Shown here: positions 15,957 through 25,447 of the stretch, piece after piece
Layout: each line of letters begins with the position of its first letter
Numbering within the stretch: position 1 is the first letter of the stretch
Assembly (NCBI GenBank): GCA_030448025.1
Contig: JAUJNQ010000002.1
Span: 636,473 to 700,472, forward strand
Length of the DNA stretch: 64,000 bases
Direction of reading: 5' to 3'
From: Acidimicrobiales bacterium
GTDB lineage: Bacteria; Actinomycetota; Acidimicrobiia; Acidimicrobiales; GCA-2861595
Program-made: the position numbers and the translations under genes
The notes under the pieces: generated by a model
Seen by the model: the letters and a program-made list of their open reading frames with translations, nothing else
Database searches by the model: none
What the model was told of the DNA's origin: nothing

Positions 15957-18900
15957 ATGTGCGGGATCATCGCCATCCTTCGTAGGCCCAGCCTGCGGAC
16001 CCCTCCGGCCTCTCGGGAAGTCCTGACCGGGCTGGACGTGTCGTGCACGGCGCTCGGTGCCGGGCTGGATTCCCTGGCCGAAGCCGCCGTCGCACTGGAG
16101 CGGGTCGACCAGGCCCTGAGCGGCCCCCCCGGGGTGCGGGCACTTCTCGGCGACGAGAACCTCACCGCCGAGGTGGAGCGGCGGCTCATAGACGTCGAGA
16201 GACACATTGCCGACATCGAGCGCTCCCTCGACGCCTGTGAGGTGGATCTCGATCCCGGTGAGCTGGAAGCGGTGAACGCCGCCCTCGTCCGCACCAAGGA
16301 CGCTGCCTGGTCGCTCGGCCACGATCGCCTTCGGGCCGCACGGGCCGTGGCCGAGCTCGCCCGTGCGAGCACGACCGAGGACCACGCCGCCGAGATCGGA
16401 CAAGCCGGCGTAGAGGCGTACTACTCGCTCCACTCGGCGCTCTCCGCCATCGACCGCCTCGAGGTTCGTGGCCGGGACTCGGCGGGCCTGCACGTGCTGG
16501 TGGAAGGCCACGGACTCGACCTCGAGGCCGAGGAGAACCGCTCCGCCCTGAACGAGCGCTCGACCGGCGCCCTCTTCACCTCCATGGCGGTCCGAAGCCC
16601 CGGCGCCCACCTGGCCTTCGTGTACAAGGCCGCGGCCGAGATCGGTGAGCTGGGCGACAACACCCGGCGCCTGCGGGATGCCATCACCGGGGACGAGCTG
16701 CTGCGGCGGGCCCTCGGATCAGGCCAAGCCAGAGCGGTGGTGGTGGGCCACACCCGCTGGGCCAGCGTCGGCATCATCTCCCAACCCAACGCCCATCCCC
16801 TCAACCAGGAGGAGGAAGGCCGAGCCCATGGGCCCTACGTGGTCGGGGCCCTCAACGGGGACGTGGACAACCACGCCGAGCTGGCCACTGGCGAAGACCT
16901 GAGCATCCCCGCCGAGATCACCACCGACGCCAAGCTGATCCCCACCCTCGTCTCCCGTCGCATGGATGACGGGCTGGGCCCGCTCGACGCCTTCCGCGCC
17001 GCGGTCGTCGCACTCGACGGCTCGGTCGCCATCGCCGCCAGCACCGCAGCCGCCCCCGATCGGCTCATGCTGGCCCTGCGGGGCAGCGGGCAGGCCCTCT
17101 ACGTCGGCTTGGCCGAGGACGCCTTCGTGGTCGCCAGCGAACCCTACGGCCTGGTGGAAGAAACATCCCGGTACCTGCGCATGGACGGCGAGGCGGCGGC
17201 GGAGGGGGTCAGGGGCCAGGTGGTGACGCTGGCCCGCCAGAAGGCGGGCGAGGTGGAGGGCATCAACCGGCTGGATTACGACGGTCGTCCCCTCGACGTG
17301 GGGGCCGACGAGGTCCAAACCGCCGAGATCACCTCCCGTGACATCGATCGCGACGACTTCCCTCACTTCCTCCTGAAGGAGATCACCGAGTCACCCCAGT
17401 CGTTTCTCAAGACCCTGCGGGGAAAGATCGACGACTCCGACAGCCAGCTTCGGGTCCGCCTCGGCGAGGAGACGATTCCGAGCGACCTGCGCACCCGCCT
17501 GCGGACGAGCGCCATCCGCCGGGTGAAGGTGATCGGCCAGGGAACGGCCGCCGTCGCCGGCCAGAGCCTGGCCGCCACCCTCGCGGGCCTCGTGAGCGAC
17601 TCTCATCTGAGCGTGGCAGCCATTCCCGCCACGGAGCTGTCCGGCTTCGGTTTGGACGACGACATGTCCGACACGCTGGTGATCGCCATCAGCCAGTCGG
17701 GCACCACCACCGACACCAACCGCACGGTGGACCTGGTGCGGGCGCGTGGGGCCGCCGTGGTGGCGGTGGTCAACCGGCGCAACAGCGACCTGGCCGAGAA
17801 GGCGGACGGCGTGCTCTACACCTCCGACGGCCGCGACGTGGAGATGAGCGTGGCGTCCACCAAGGCCTTCTACGCCCAGGTCGCGGCCGGCTTCCTGCTG
17901 GCGCTGAGCATTGCCGACGAGCTGGGCTCGTGTGACCGGCGCTCGGCGCACGATTTGCTCTCGGCCCTCCGCCGGCTCCCCGAGGCCATGGAGTCGGTGC
18001 TGGCCCTACGTCCGGAGATCGCCATCGCCGCTCAGCGGTACGCGCCGGGGCGTCGGAACTGGGCCGTGGTGGGCAACGGGCATGACCGCATCGCCGCCCA
18101 AGAGCTGCGCATCAAGCTCTCCGAGCTCTGCTACAAGTCAATCGCCTGTGACGTCACCGAGGACAAGAAGCACATCGACTTGTCCTCCGAGCCGCTCGTG
18201 ATCGTCTGCGCTGCAGGCTTGTGCGGTCCGAACGCCGACGACGTGGCCAAGGAGGTGGCCATCTACCGTTCGCACAAGGCGGCCCCCGTGGTGATCACCG
18301 CCGACGCCGGCCACCGGTTCAGCGCCGCCGTGCACGTGATCCAGGTGCCCCAGGTCGATCCGGCGCTGGCCTTCGTGCTGGCGGCCATGGCCGGCCACCT
18401 CTTCGCTTACGAGGCGGCGCTCGCCATCGACGCCCAGGCCCTGCCATTCCGGGCGGCGCGGGCGGCAGTGGAGTCCCTGGTGTCGCCGCCGCCATACGGG
18501 GGGGACCCCCTCGAACGCCTGGCGCCTTTGGTCGAGCCGGCGGCGCGCCGGTTCTTCGAGGAGCTGCGCACCGGCTCCTACGATGGCCACCTCGAGCCCA
18601 GTACGGCCGTACGGGTGGCGTCGCTTCTCCGCTACGTGGTGGGCCCGGCCCCCCTCGACTCCTACCAGGTGGAGTTCGGCAAGCTGGGAACGCCTGCGGT
18701 CGTGGTGGAGGACCTGGCCGAGGCCCTCACCCGCGCCATCGAGGAGCTCACCCGGCCCGTCGACGCCATCAAGCACCAGGCCAAGACCGTGACCGTCGGC
18801 ATATCCCGATCCGAGGAAGCCCTCTTCCGTGTGCGGCTGGTCAAGGAGGTGCTCAGCGCCGGAGTGGCGCGGGACCGGCTCAGCTACCGGGCGCTGCGGA

Positions 18901-19394
18901 CCCTCGCCGCCCTCGACGACGGCGTGGCCGACGTCACCGGCTTCACCCGTTACCGCATCGAGGGTGGCGTGGACGAGGACGCCGCCGCCACCATTCACGT
19001 CATGGAGCGAGGTGGCGTCGCCCGCGACATCCGGTCGCGCACGGAGGAGAACCCAGTCCTGCGAGGTACGAAGCACCGGGCGGCGTACGAGCGTGAGGTC
19101 ACGGTGGCTCGGGGCCGCAGCGACGCCCGCACCGTGGTGCTCGTCCCGGAGACCAAGGGCGGCGAAGTGACGGGCATGACGCTGCTGCACGTGAGCTTCC
19201 ACGACCGCCTGCCGGCGGCCGAGGCCCAGGCCGTGCTGCTCGGCTACCGCGATCGTTACTCCGCGCTGGTGGACGCCGTCACCGAGACCGAGCCGGCGTT
19301 CAGCGAGGAGGTGCTGGGCCAGGTGGCCCTGGTGGATCTCCTGACCGCTCCGGTGCACGTCCTGGCCGACCACTGGCGCCCGGTCGCGAGGTGA
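15957..19394 (+). CDS. giant GlmS-like glutamine amidotransferase (class II) with two SIS domains (1145 aa)
   Basis: The N-terminus is MCGIIAI. RLEVRGRDSAG, GHTRWASVG and NAHP are present. SIS motifs are VIAISQSGTTTDT and VASTKAF. It occupies the glmS position upstream of acpS-nnr-alr. Confidence 0.85.
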   Translation: MCGIIAILRRPSLRTPPASREVLTGLDVSCTALGAGLDSLAEAAVALERVDQALSGPPGVRALLGDENLTAEVERRLIDVERHIADIERSLDACEVDLDPGELEAVNAALVRTKDAAWSLGHDRLRAARAVAELARASTTEDHAAEIGQAGVEAYYSLHSALSAIDRLEVRGRDSAGLHVLVEGHGLDLEAEENRSALNERSTGALFTSMAVRSPGAHLAFVYKAAAEIGELGDNTRRLRDAITGDELLRRALGSGQARAVVVGHTRWASVGIISQPNAHPLNQEEEGRAHGPYVVGALNGDVDNHAELATGEDLSIPAEITTDAKLIPTLVSRRMDDGLGPLDAFRAAVVALDGSVAIAASTAAAPDRLMLALRGSGQALYVGLAEDAFVVASEPYGLVEETSRYLRMDGEAAAEGVRGQVVTLARQKAGEVEGINRLDYDGRPLDVGADEVQTAEITSRDIDRDDFPHFLLKEITESPQSFLKTLRGKIDDSDSQLRVRLGEETIPSDLRTRLRTSAIRRVKVIGQGTAAVAGQSLAATLAGLVSDSHLSVAAIPATELSGFGLDDDMSDTLVIAISQSGTTTDTNRTVDLVRARGAAVVAVVNRRNSDLAEKADGVLYTSDGRDVEMSVASTKAFYAQVAAGFLLALSIADELGSCDRRSAHDLLSALRRLPEAMESVLALRPEIAIAAQRYAPGRRNWAVVGNGHDRIAAQELRIKLSELCYKSIACDVTEDKKHIDLSSEPLVIVCAAGLCGPNADDVAKEVAIYRSHKAAPVVITADAGHRFSAAVHVIQVPQVDPALAFVLAAMAGHLFAYEAALAIDAQALPFRAARAAVESLVSPPPYGGDPLERLAPLVEPAARRFFEELRTGSYDGHLEPSTAVRVASLLRYVVGPAPLDSYQVEFGKLGTPAVVVEDLAEALTRAIEELTRPVDAIKHQAKTVTVGISRSEEALFRVRLVKEVLSAGVARDRLSYRALRTLAALDDGVADVTGFTRYRIEGGVDEDAAATIHVMERGGVARDIRSRTEENPVLRGTKHRAAYEREVTVARGRSDARTVVLVPETKGGEVTGMTLLHVSFHDRLPAAEAQAVLLGYRDRYSALVDAVTETEPAFSEEVLGQVALVDLLTAPVHVLADHWRPVAR

Positions 19395-19430
19395 TCGGCT
19401 CTACGTGGCGGGGCACGTGATCGGATGTAG

Positions 19431-19796
19431 ATGATCGGCCTGGGCATCGACGCTGTTGAGATCGACCGGTTCCGGCGCATGCTCGAGCGAAGGCCGAGTC
19501 TGGCCGATCGCCTGTTCACCGAAGCCGAGCGAGCCTACGGCGCCCGCTTCTCCGATCCCGCTCCGCGCCTGGCCGCCCGCTTCGCGGCCAAGGAAGCGGC
19601 CATGAAGGCCCTCGGCGTCGGCCTCGGAGCTTTCGCCTTCCACGACGTGGAGGTGGTGAGGGCCGCCAGCGGGGCGCCGTCGCTCCGGGTCTCGGGTGCG
19701 GCAGCGGCGCTGGCCGGCCAGCGAGGGGTGACGTCGTTCTTCGTCTCCCTCACCCACACTGACACCACGGCCGAAGCGGTCGTGGCCGCCCTTTGA
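19431..19796 (+). CDS. acpS: holo-[acyl-carrier-protein] synthase
   Basis: MIGLGIDAVEIDRF...RFAAKEAAMKALG...SLTHT. Confidence 0.93.
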   Translation: MIGLGIDAVEIDRFRRMLERRPSLADRLFTEAERAYGARFSDPAPRLAARFAAKEAAMKALGVGLGAFAFHDVEVVRAASGAPSLRVSGAAAALAGQRGVTSFFVSLTHTDTTAEAVVAAL

Positions 19797-19821
19797 GGCT
19801 GGCCCTGATGAGAGCGACATC

Positions 19822-21156
19822 GTGATCCCCGTCGTCACCCCCGAGGAGATGAGGTGCATCGACGAGGACAGTCCCGAGCCCGCCGGGGTACTGGTGCAAC
19901 GGGCCGGGGTGGCGGTTGCGCGCCACGCCCTCCACATGGTCGGCGGCGGCTACGGACGGCGGGTGGTGGTCGTCGCCGGCAAGGGCAACAACGGCGCCGA
20001 CGGCCGAGCAGCGGCGGAGCGTCTGCGCCGAAACGGCGCCCGAGTAAGAGTCTTCGACGTCACCGGGGCGCCCGAGCGGCTCCCGCCCTGCGACCTCGTG
20101 GTCGACGCCGCCTTCGGCACAGGCTTCGCCGGTGAGTACCGGGCGCCAGATCCCGGGGGCGCCCCCGTCCTGGCCGTGGACATCCCCTCGGGGGTGGACG
20201 GCCTCACCGGCGAAGCGGGCAGCGGAGCGGTGAGGGCGACGAGCACGGTGACGTTCGCGGCCTTGAAGCCAGGCCTCGTCCTTGGACTGGGACCGGAGCG
20301 GACGGGGCCGGTGGAGCTGGTGGACATCGGCCTCGACGTCAGCCGGGCCCGCATCCACCTCGTCCAGGACGAGGACGCCGGCGCATCGCTGCCGCGTCGC
20401 TCGAGGGAGTCCCACAAGTGGCGCTCGGCGGTGCTCGTGGTCGCCGGGTCGCCGGGCATGATGGGGGCACCGGTCCTCGTCTCCCGTGCCGCTCTTCGTG
20501 CCGGTGCCGGCTACGTCAACCTCGGGGTGCCGGGCGCCGCCCTCGAACGGATGCCTTCGGGCAGCGAGGTGGTGGGCCGGGCGCTGCCGTCAGAGGACTG
20601 GGCAACGGAGGTGCTCCGGGACTCGGGACGGTTCAAGGCCGTCGTGGTGGGGCCCGGCATGGGCCGGGGCGAGGGCACCCTTGCCGAGGTGCGCCGGCTC
20701 TTGGCCGAGTCGCCCGTCCCGTTGGTGGTGGACGGCGACGCGTTGGCCGCGGTGGACGGACCGCTCGGCGCCGAAGCCGTGCTCACTCCCCACGCTGGGG
20801 AGTACGAACGGCTGACCGGATCCCCGCCCGGGCCCGACCGCCTCGACGGGGCACGGTCGCTGGCGGCGCGTCTGAACGCCGTAGTCCTCCTCAAGGGACC
20901 CACGACTGTGATTGCCAGCCCGGAGGGAGATGCGCTGCTGTCTGTCACCGGCGACTCCAGACTGGCCACCGCCGGCACCGGCGACGTGCTGTCCGGCGTC
21001 ATCGCCGCCTTCATGGCCCAGGGCATGGACGCCATGCGGGCGGCGGGGGTGGCCGCCCACGTGCACGGCTCCGCGGCCAGGCTCGGACCGGTGCGGGGCA
21101 TGGTGGCCGGCGACGTCGTCGAGCTGCTGCCCCCGTGGCTCTCGGCCCATGCCTGA
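19822..21156 (+). CDS. nnr: bifunctional NAD(P)H-hydrate epimerase / ADP-dependent dehydratase
   Basis: The YjeF_N part has VVVVAGKGNNGADG. The C-terminal kinase-like part has VVGPGMG...GTGDVLSGVIAAF. Confidence 0.92.
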   Translation: MIPVVTPEEMRCIDEDSPEPAGVLVQRAGVAVARHALHMVGGGYGRRVVVVAGKGNNGADGRAAAERLRRNGARVRVFDVTGAPERLPPCDLVVDAAFGTGFAGEYRAPDPGGAPVLAVDIPSGVDGLTGEAGSGAVRATSTVTFAALKPGLVLGLGPERTGPVELVDIGLDVSRARIHLVQDEDAGASLPRRSRESHKWRSAVLVVAGSPGMMGAPVLVSRAALRAGAGYVNLGVPGAALERMPSGSEVVGRALPSEDWATEVLRDSGRFKAVVVGPGMGRGEGTLAEVRRLLAESPVPLVVDGDALAAVDGPLGAEAVLTPHAGEYERLTGSPPGPDRLDGARSLAARLNAVVLLKGPTTVIASPEGDALLSVTGDSRLATAGTGDVLSGVIAAFMAQGMDAMRAAGVAAHVHGSAARLGPVRGMVAGDVVELLPPWLSAHA

Positions 21157-22330
21157 GGCCCGATCCCGCCCGGCGTGGGCCGAGGTGGACCTCGACGCTG
21201 TTCGCCACAACACCGCCGCCCTGGCCGCGGTGGCGGCGCCCGCCGCCCTGTGCGCCGTGGTCAAGGCCGACGGCTACGGACACGGGGCGGTGCCGGTGGC
21301 GCGCGCCGCCCTCGAGGCGGGCGCCACCTGGTTGGCCGTGGCGGTGGTGGAGGAGGGAGAAGCGCTGCGGCGGGCGGGCATCAGCGCCCCGATCCTCCTG
21401 CTGGCCGAGCCGCCGGCCGAGGTCATGGCGGAAGCCCTGGCCCAGCGCCTAACGCCCACCCTGTACACCGTCGAAGGTGTCGAAGCCGCGGCCAAAGCGG
21501 CGGTCCACGGGCGGCCGACTACGCCGGTGCACCTCAAGGTCGACACCGGCATGCACCGGGTCGGCGCCACGCCCGACGACTTGGTGGACGTGGCCAGGGC
21601 CGCGGAGGACGCCCACGGGCTTGGCGTCGAAGGTCTGTGGACCCACCTGGCCGCCGCCGAGGAACCAGGCGAGGACGGGTTCACCATCGAGCAGCTCCGG
21701 CGCTTCGAGGACGCACGGGATCGCTTGGCCGCCGCCGGCATCCATCCCGACCTGCTCCACGCCGCCAACTCAGCGGGGACCATTGCCCATCCGGCCGCCC
21801 GCTACGACATGGTGCGCTGCGGGATCTCGGTCTACGGCTACTGCCCCGGTCAGGCCCTGGACGCCAGGGTGGACCTGCGCCCGGCCATGTCCCTCAAGGC
21901 CCGGGTGTCCTTCGTCAAAGCGCTCGGGGCCGGTGAGCGCGTCTCCTACGGTCTGCGCTACGCATTGCCGGGGCCCGGCGACCTGGCCACCGTGCCGCTG
22001 GGCTACGACGACGGCGTACGCCGGCGGCTGGCGGTCGAAGGGGCCGACGTCCTGATCGGCGGTCGCCGCCGCCCCATGGCCGGCACGGTGACCATGGACC
22101 AGTTCCTCGTCGACTGCGGCCCGTCGTCGGGCGTGGCACCCGGTGACGAGGTGGTGCTCATCGGTCGCCAGGGTGACCACCAGATCACCGCCGACCACTG
22201 GGCCGGGCTGCTCGACACCATCAGCTACGAGATCGTCTGCGGCATCGGGTCCCGGGTCCCGCGCGTCTACGTGGGTGGCGGGATTGAAGCGGGTCAGCGG
22301 GCCGAGCAGCCACCGCTGGAGGAGATGTGA
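21149..22330 (+). CDS. alr: alanine racemase
   Basis: ATG 21149 gives an 8-nt overlap with nnr. AEVDLDAVRHN...AVVKADGYGHG is the PLP lysine motif. YGLRY...GYDDG is also present. Confidence 0.94.
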   Translation: MPEARSRPAWAEVDLDAVRHNTAALAAVAAPAALCAVVKADGYGHGAVPVARAALEAGATWLAVAVVEEGEALRRAGISAPILLLAEPPAEVMAEALAQRLTPTLYTVEGVEAAAKAAVHGRPTTPVHLKVDTGMHRVGATPDDLVDVARAAEDAHGLGVEGLWTHLAAAEEPGEDGFTIEQLRRFEDARDRLAAAGIHPDLLHAANSAGTIAHPAARYDMVRCGISVYGYCPGQALDARVDLRPAMSLKARVSFVKALGAGERVSYGLRYALPGPGDLATVPLGYDDGVRRRLAVEGADVLIGGRRRPMAGTVTMDQFLVDCGPSSGVAPGDEVVLIGRQGDHQITADHWAGLLDTISYEIVCGIGSRVPRVYVGGGIEAGQRAEQPPLEEM

Positions 22331-22659
22331 TCGCCGAAGTGGCCGGCGCGGAGATGTGCTATCTGTGCGTCGTGGCTCGGGAGCGAGTGGGGGTACGGGA
22401 GATGCGCCAGAACCTCAGCCAGTACCTCCGGCGCGTCGGGAAGGGTGAGGCCTTCGAGATCACCGAGCACGGCCGGTCCGTAGCCGTGCTCGCTCCTCTC
22501 ACCGGTCCGGCCACGGCGCTGCAGCGCCTCGGGGCGGAGGGCCGTGTCCGCCTCGGCACCGGCCGAAATCTCGCCGACCTGGGCGCTCCGCTTCCGCCCA
22601 CCGGCGAAGGCCCAACGCTCACCGAAGTGCTCGGCACAGTGCGGGAGGACCGAATCTGA
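22327..22659 (+). CDS. Phd/YefM-type antitoxin (orphan)
   Basis: VGVREMRQNLSQYLRRVGKGEAFEITEHGRSVAVLAPL. GTG 22327 overlaps the alr stop (GTGA). Alternative in-frame starts are at 22354, 22372 and 22387. Confidence 0.8.
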   Translation: MIAEVAGAEMCYLCVVARERVGVREMRQNLSQYLRRVGKGEAFEITEHGRSVAVLAPLTGPATALQRLGAEGRVRLGTGRNLADLGAPLPPTGEGPTLTEVLGTVREDRI

Positions 22660-22667
22660 GCGGTGAG

Positions 22668-22745
22668 GTGGACTACCTCGACACCTCGAAACGTCGGTCA
22701 AGCTGGTCGTTCGGGAGCGGGAGTCCGCCTGCCTACTGGGAGAGC
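22668..22745 (+). pseudogene. vestigial vapC 5' end
   Basis: GTG 22668 opens VDYLDTS. After a frame change the sequence reads SVKLVVRERESACLLGEL. The remainder is replaced by the convergent CHRD gene. Confidence 0.55.
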
Positions 22746-23254
22746 TGACCTCGAACGGCTCCCTGTGGGTGGGTGGCACTGTGCACGTTGACGTAGAAGT
22801 CGCCCGGCTTGGCCGCGATGCGCCCTATCAGCGTGCGTTCCGCACTGGCACATCCCTTGGTGGTGGTGTCGCTCGCGGTGGGGGTTGCCAAGGGCACGAC
22901 CACCGGACCGCTCTTGCCGGTGTCCCCTTCGTGGATGTGCATTCCCGTAGGGCGGTCGATCTTCTGTGCCAAGACCTCGTAGCAGACCTCGTCTTTGCTG
23001 ACGTCGAGGTTCACGGTGGCCGTTCCGGTGCCGTCCGGGTCACCGGGGCCCGGGGCCTCTGCCGAGCCGGCGAGCACGGCGGTCAAACGGGTGGCTTCCT
23101 CGGCCTTGTTGGCCACGCTGGTGGCCGTGCGTCTTGCCGTCTCTTCGGCCTCCTTGCTCTGGTCCTCGCCGTCGCCGCACGCCGCCGCCAGCGTGGCCAG
23201 AGTGGCAAGGGCCGCAGCGGCGCACAGTCGTCTACCCAACAGTGGTCTACGCAT
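22733..23254 (-). CDS. CHRD-domain lipoprotein
   Basis: The signal and lipobox read MRRPLLGRRLCAAAALATLATLAAAC. CHRD-like stretches are GDPDGTGTATVNL...MHIHEGDTGKSGPVVV...FYVNVHSATHPQGAVRGQL. Confidence 0.8.
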   Translation of the reverse strand: MRRPLLGRRLCAAAALATLATLAAACGDGEDQSKEAEETARRTATSVANKAEEATRLTAVLAGSAEAPGPGDPDGTGTATVNLDVSKDEVCYEVLAQKIDRPTGMHIHEGDTGKSGPVVVPLATPTASDTTTKGCASAERTLIGRIAAKPGDFYVNVHSATHPQGAVRGQLSQ

Positions 23255-23264
23255 GGGAGCGATC

Positions 23265-24251
23265 CTACGGCGTCGGCCGTTTGGCCCTGGTGACACTGGA
23301 CTTGGGGGCGCCGTTGGCACGCTCCTGGAATACGTCGCTCATCCCGGCAAGGGCTCCGAGCAGGGCCGTGGCCTCGGTGGGGAGGAAGATCTTGGTGGCC
23401 TGGCCGTTGGCCATGATCTGGAGGGTCTCCATGTACTTGATGGCCAGCAGGTCGTTGCTCGGGCCACCGTCGTGGATCGCCTTGTAGACGGTGCGGATGG
23501 CCTCGGCCTCGCCCTGGGCCACCGTGTCTTGGCGGAAGCGCTCGGCGTCGGCCGAAGCCTTGGTGGCCTCGGCGTCGCCTTGGGCTTTCAGGATGGCGGA
23601 GGTCTTCTCTCCCTCGGCCTTGAGGACGGCCGCCTGCTTCAACCCTTCGGCCTGGGTGACGGCAGCTTCCCTGGTTCCGGCCGCCTCGGTGACCACCGCT
23701 CGGCGGGTCCGCTCGGCCCGCATCTGGTGGTGCATGGACTCCACCACGTCGGGCGGGGGGTCGATGCGCTGGATCTCGACACGCACCACCCGGGTGCCCC
23801 ACTTGTCGGTGGCGTCGTCGAGGATCTCGCGGAGGCGGGCATTGATGATCTCGCTGGAGGTGAGGGCCTCGTCGAGCTGCATGTCGCCGATGACGTTGCG
23901 CAGGTTGGTCTGAGCCAGCTTGGTGACGGCGACCTGGAAGTTGGTGACGTTGTAGATCAGTCGCTGAGGATCGGTGGCCTCGTAATAGATGACGGCGTCG
24001 ACCCGCACCACCACGTTGTCCGAGGTGATGACCTCCTGCGGCGGGACGTCGAGGACAACCTCGCGCATGTCCACCCGCACCATGCGGTCGACCACGGGGA
24101 CGATGATGCGCAGGCCCGGCTCCTCGGTGGCGTGGTAACGGCCCAACCGCTCGACCAGGCCGCGCTGGTAAGGGCGGATGATCTTCACCGACGCGGCGGC
24201 GAAGACGAAGAGGAGGAAACCCATCACTCCCAGAAGGATGACGAACGTCAT
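23265..24251 (-). CDS. SPFH/band-7 (stomatin-like) protein
   Basis: There is an N-terminal TM segment. IIRPYQRGLVERLGRY...VITSDNVVVRVDAVIYY...TKLAQTNLRNVIG is present. Confidence 0.92.
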   Translation of the reverse strand: MTFVILLGVMGFLLFVFAAASVKIIRPYQRGLVERLGRYHATEEPGLRIIVPVVDRMVRVDMREVVLDVPPQEVITSDNVVVRVDAVIYYEATDPQRLIYNVTNFQVAVTKLAQTNLRNVIGDMQLDEALTSSEIINARLREILDDATDKWGTRVVRVEIQRIDPPPDVVESMHHQMRAERTRRAVVTEAAGTREAAVTQAEGLKQAAVLKAEGEKTSAILKAQGDAEATKASADAERFRQDTVAQGEAEAIRTVYKAIHDGGPSNDLLAIKYMETLQIMANGQATKIFLPTEATALLGALAGMSDVFQERANGAPKSSVTRAKRPTP

Positions 24252-24850
24252 TGCTGCGCTCCTTGCTCTGAATCCGTTGTAGGGGGGGCCGCCCCCTGTT
24301 CCATCGGGGGAAGCGGACCATCTTCAAGGGGAAGGACGATCAGACGGGTGCCGTGCACGCGGCTGATGAGCACCGGAGTGCCCTGGCGGATGGGGACCCC
24401 GGCAATGCCGCTCTCGGCCCGCCACTTCTCTCGTTCCAGGCGGATGAGACCCGTGCCGCCGACCTCGGCGGGGATGTCGGAGAGGACCACGCCCTGGCGG
24501 CCCACCCACCGGTTGGCTCCGACGCCGGACCGTCCCGACTTGCGCTCGATGCGCCTCCCGATGGGCCACAGGACGGCGAACGATCCACCCGAGACCGCCA
24601 GGAACGCCACGAACTCCCAGCCAACGCCTACCCCGATGAAGGCCAGCACCGACGCAAGGAAGGCTCCCGCCGCGAAGGGAAGGAAGAAGAACGCCCCCGG
24701 GGTGAGGAGCTCCCCGGACACGAACACCACGGTGGCCACCAGCCAGACCCACCTCCACGTATCGGGAGAATCCCAATCCACCGAAGTGACGCTACTACCG
24801 GGAAAACCACACTCTGACCAGCAGTCCGCCAGTCGTCCCGGCGGTACCAT
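24248..24850 (-). CDS. NfeD-family membrane protein
   Basis: TM segments are followed by an OB-fold tail, GRQGVVLSDIPAEVGGTGLIRLEREKWRAES. The stop overlaps the SPFH start (ATGA). The start is uncertain because ATG 24850 lies only 6 nt from the divergent udg. Confidence 0.8.
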   Translation of the reverse strand: MVPPGRLADCWSECGFPGSSVTSVDWDSPDTWRWVWLVATVVFVSGELLTPGAFFFLPFAAGAFLASVLAFIGVGVGWEFVAFLAVSGGSFAVLWPIGRRIERKSGRSGVGANRWVGRQGVVLSDIPAEVGGTGLIRLEREKWRAESGIAGVPIRQGTPVLISRVHGTRLIVLPLEDGPLPPMEQGAAPPTTDSEQGAQQ

Positions 24851-24856
24851 CGGGGC

Positions 24857-25447
24857 GTGGTGAGCCTCGCCGAGCTCGAGCGGGAGGCCAGTGTGTGCAC
24901 TCGATGCCCGCTGGCGGCCGGACGTACCAACGTCGTGTTCGGGGTGGGCGACGCCAACGCCGACCTCATGTTCGTGGGCGAGGGCCCGGGTCGGGACGAG
25001 GACCTCAAGGGTGAGCCCTTCGTGGGTCGCTCCGGTCACCTCCTCGACCGGGTGCTCCGCGAGGAGCTCGGGGTCGGTCGGGACCGCGTCTACATCAGCA
25101 ACACTGTCAAATGCCGCCCTCCCGGGAACCGGGACCCTCATCCCGTCGAGGTGGCGTCGTGCCGGCCCTACCTCGAACGCCAGATCGAGCTCGTCGATCC
25201 TCGAGTGATCGTCACGCTGGGCAACTTCGCCACCCGCCTGCTTCTGGACTCGACCGGAGGGATCAAGCAGCTTCGAGGCCGCGCCTATCGCTACAAGCCG
25301 GGGCCAAATGCAGATGGAGATGTCATGGTGGTCCCCACCTTCCATCCGTCCTACGTGTTGCGAAGCGGCGGTGTGGGCGAGGTCATGGCCGGCCTCCGGG
25401 CCGACTTGGTGAGGGCCAAGCAGTACCTCGGAGCGCCGACGCAGTGA
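24857..25447 (+). CDS. family 4 uracil-DNA glycosylase
   Basis: CTRCPL, VGEGPGRDED, PFVGRSG, VKCRPPGNR and HPSY. Confidence 0.9.
   Translation: MVSLAELEREASVCTRCPLAAGRTNVVFGVGDANADLMFVGEGPGRDEDLKGEPFVGRSGHLLDRVLREELGVGRDRVYISNTVKCRPPGNRDPHPVEVASCRPYLERQIELVDPRVIVTLGNFATRLLLDSTGGIKQLRGRAYRYKPGPNADGDVMVVPTFHPSYVLRSGGVGEVMAGLRADLVRAKQYLGAPTQ

Noticed and set aside
24851-24856. Only 6 nt separate the divergent starts of the NfeD gene (ATG 24850) and udg (GTG 24857). This looked like an impossible promoter arrangement or overlapping regulation.
   Set aside because: This is more simply a start-codon ambiguity. NfeD has downstream in-frame alternatives before its first TM segment. There is not enough evidence for anything unusual.
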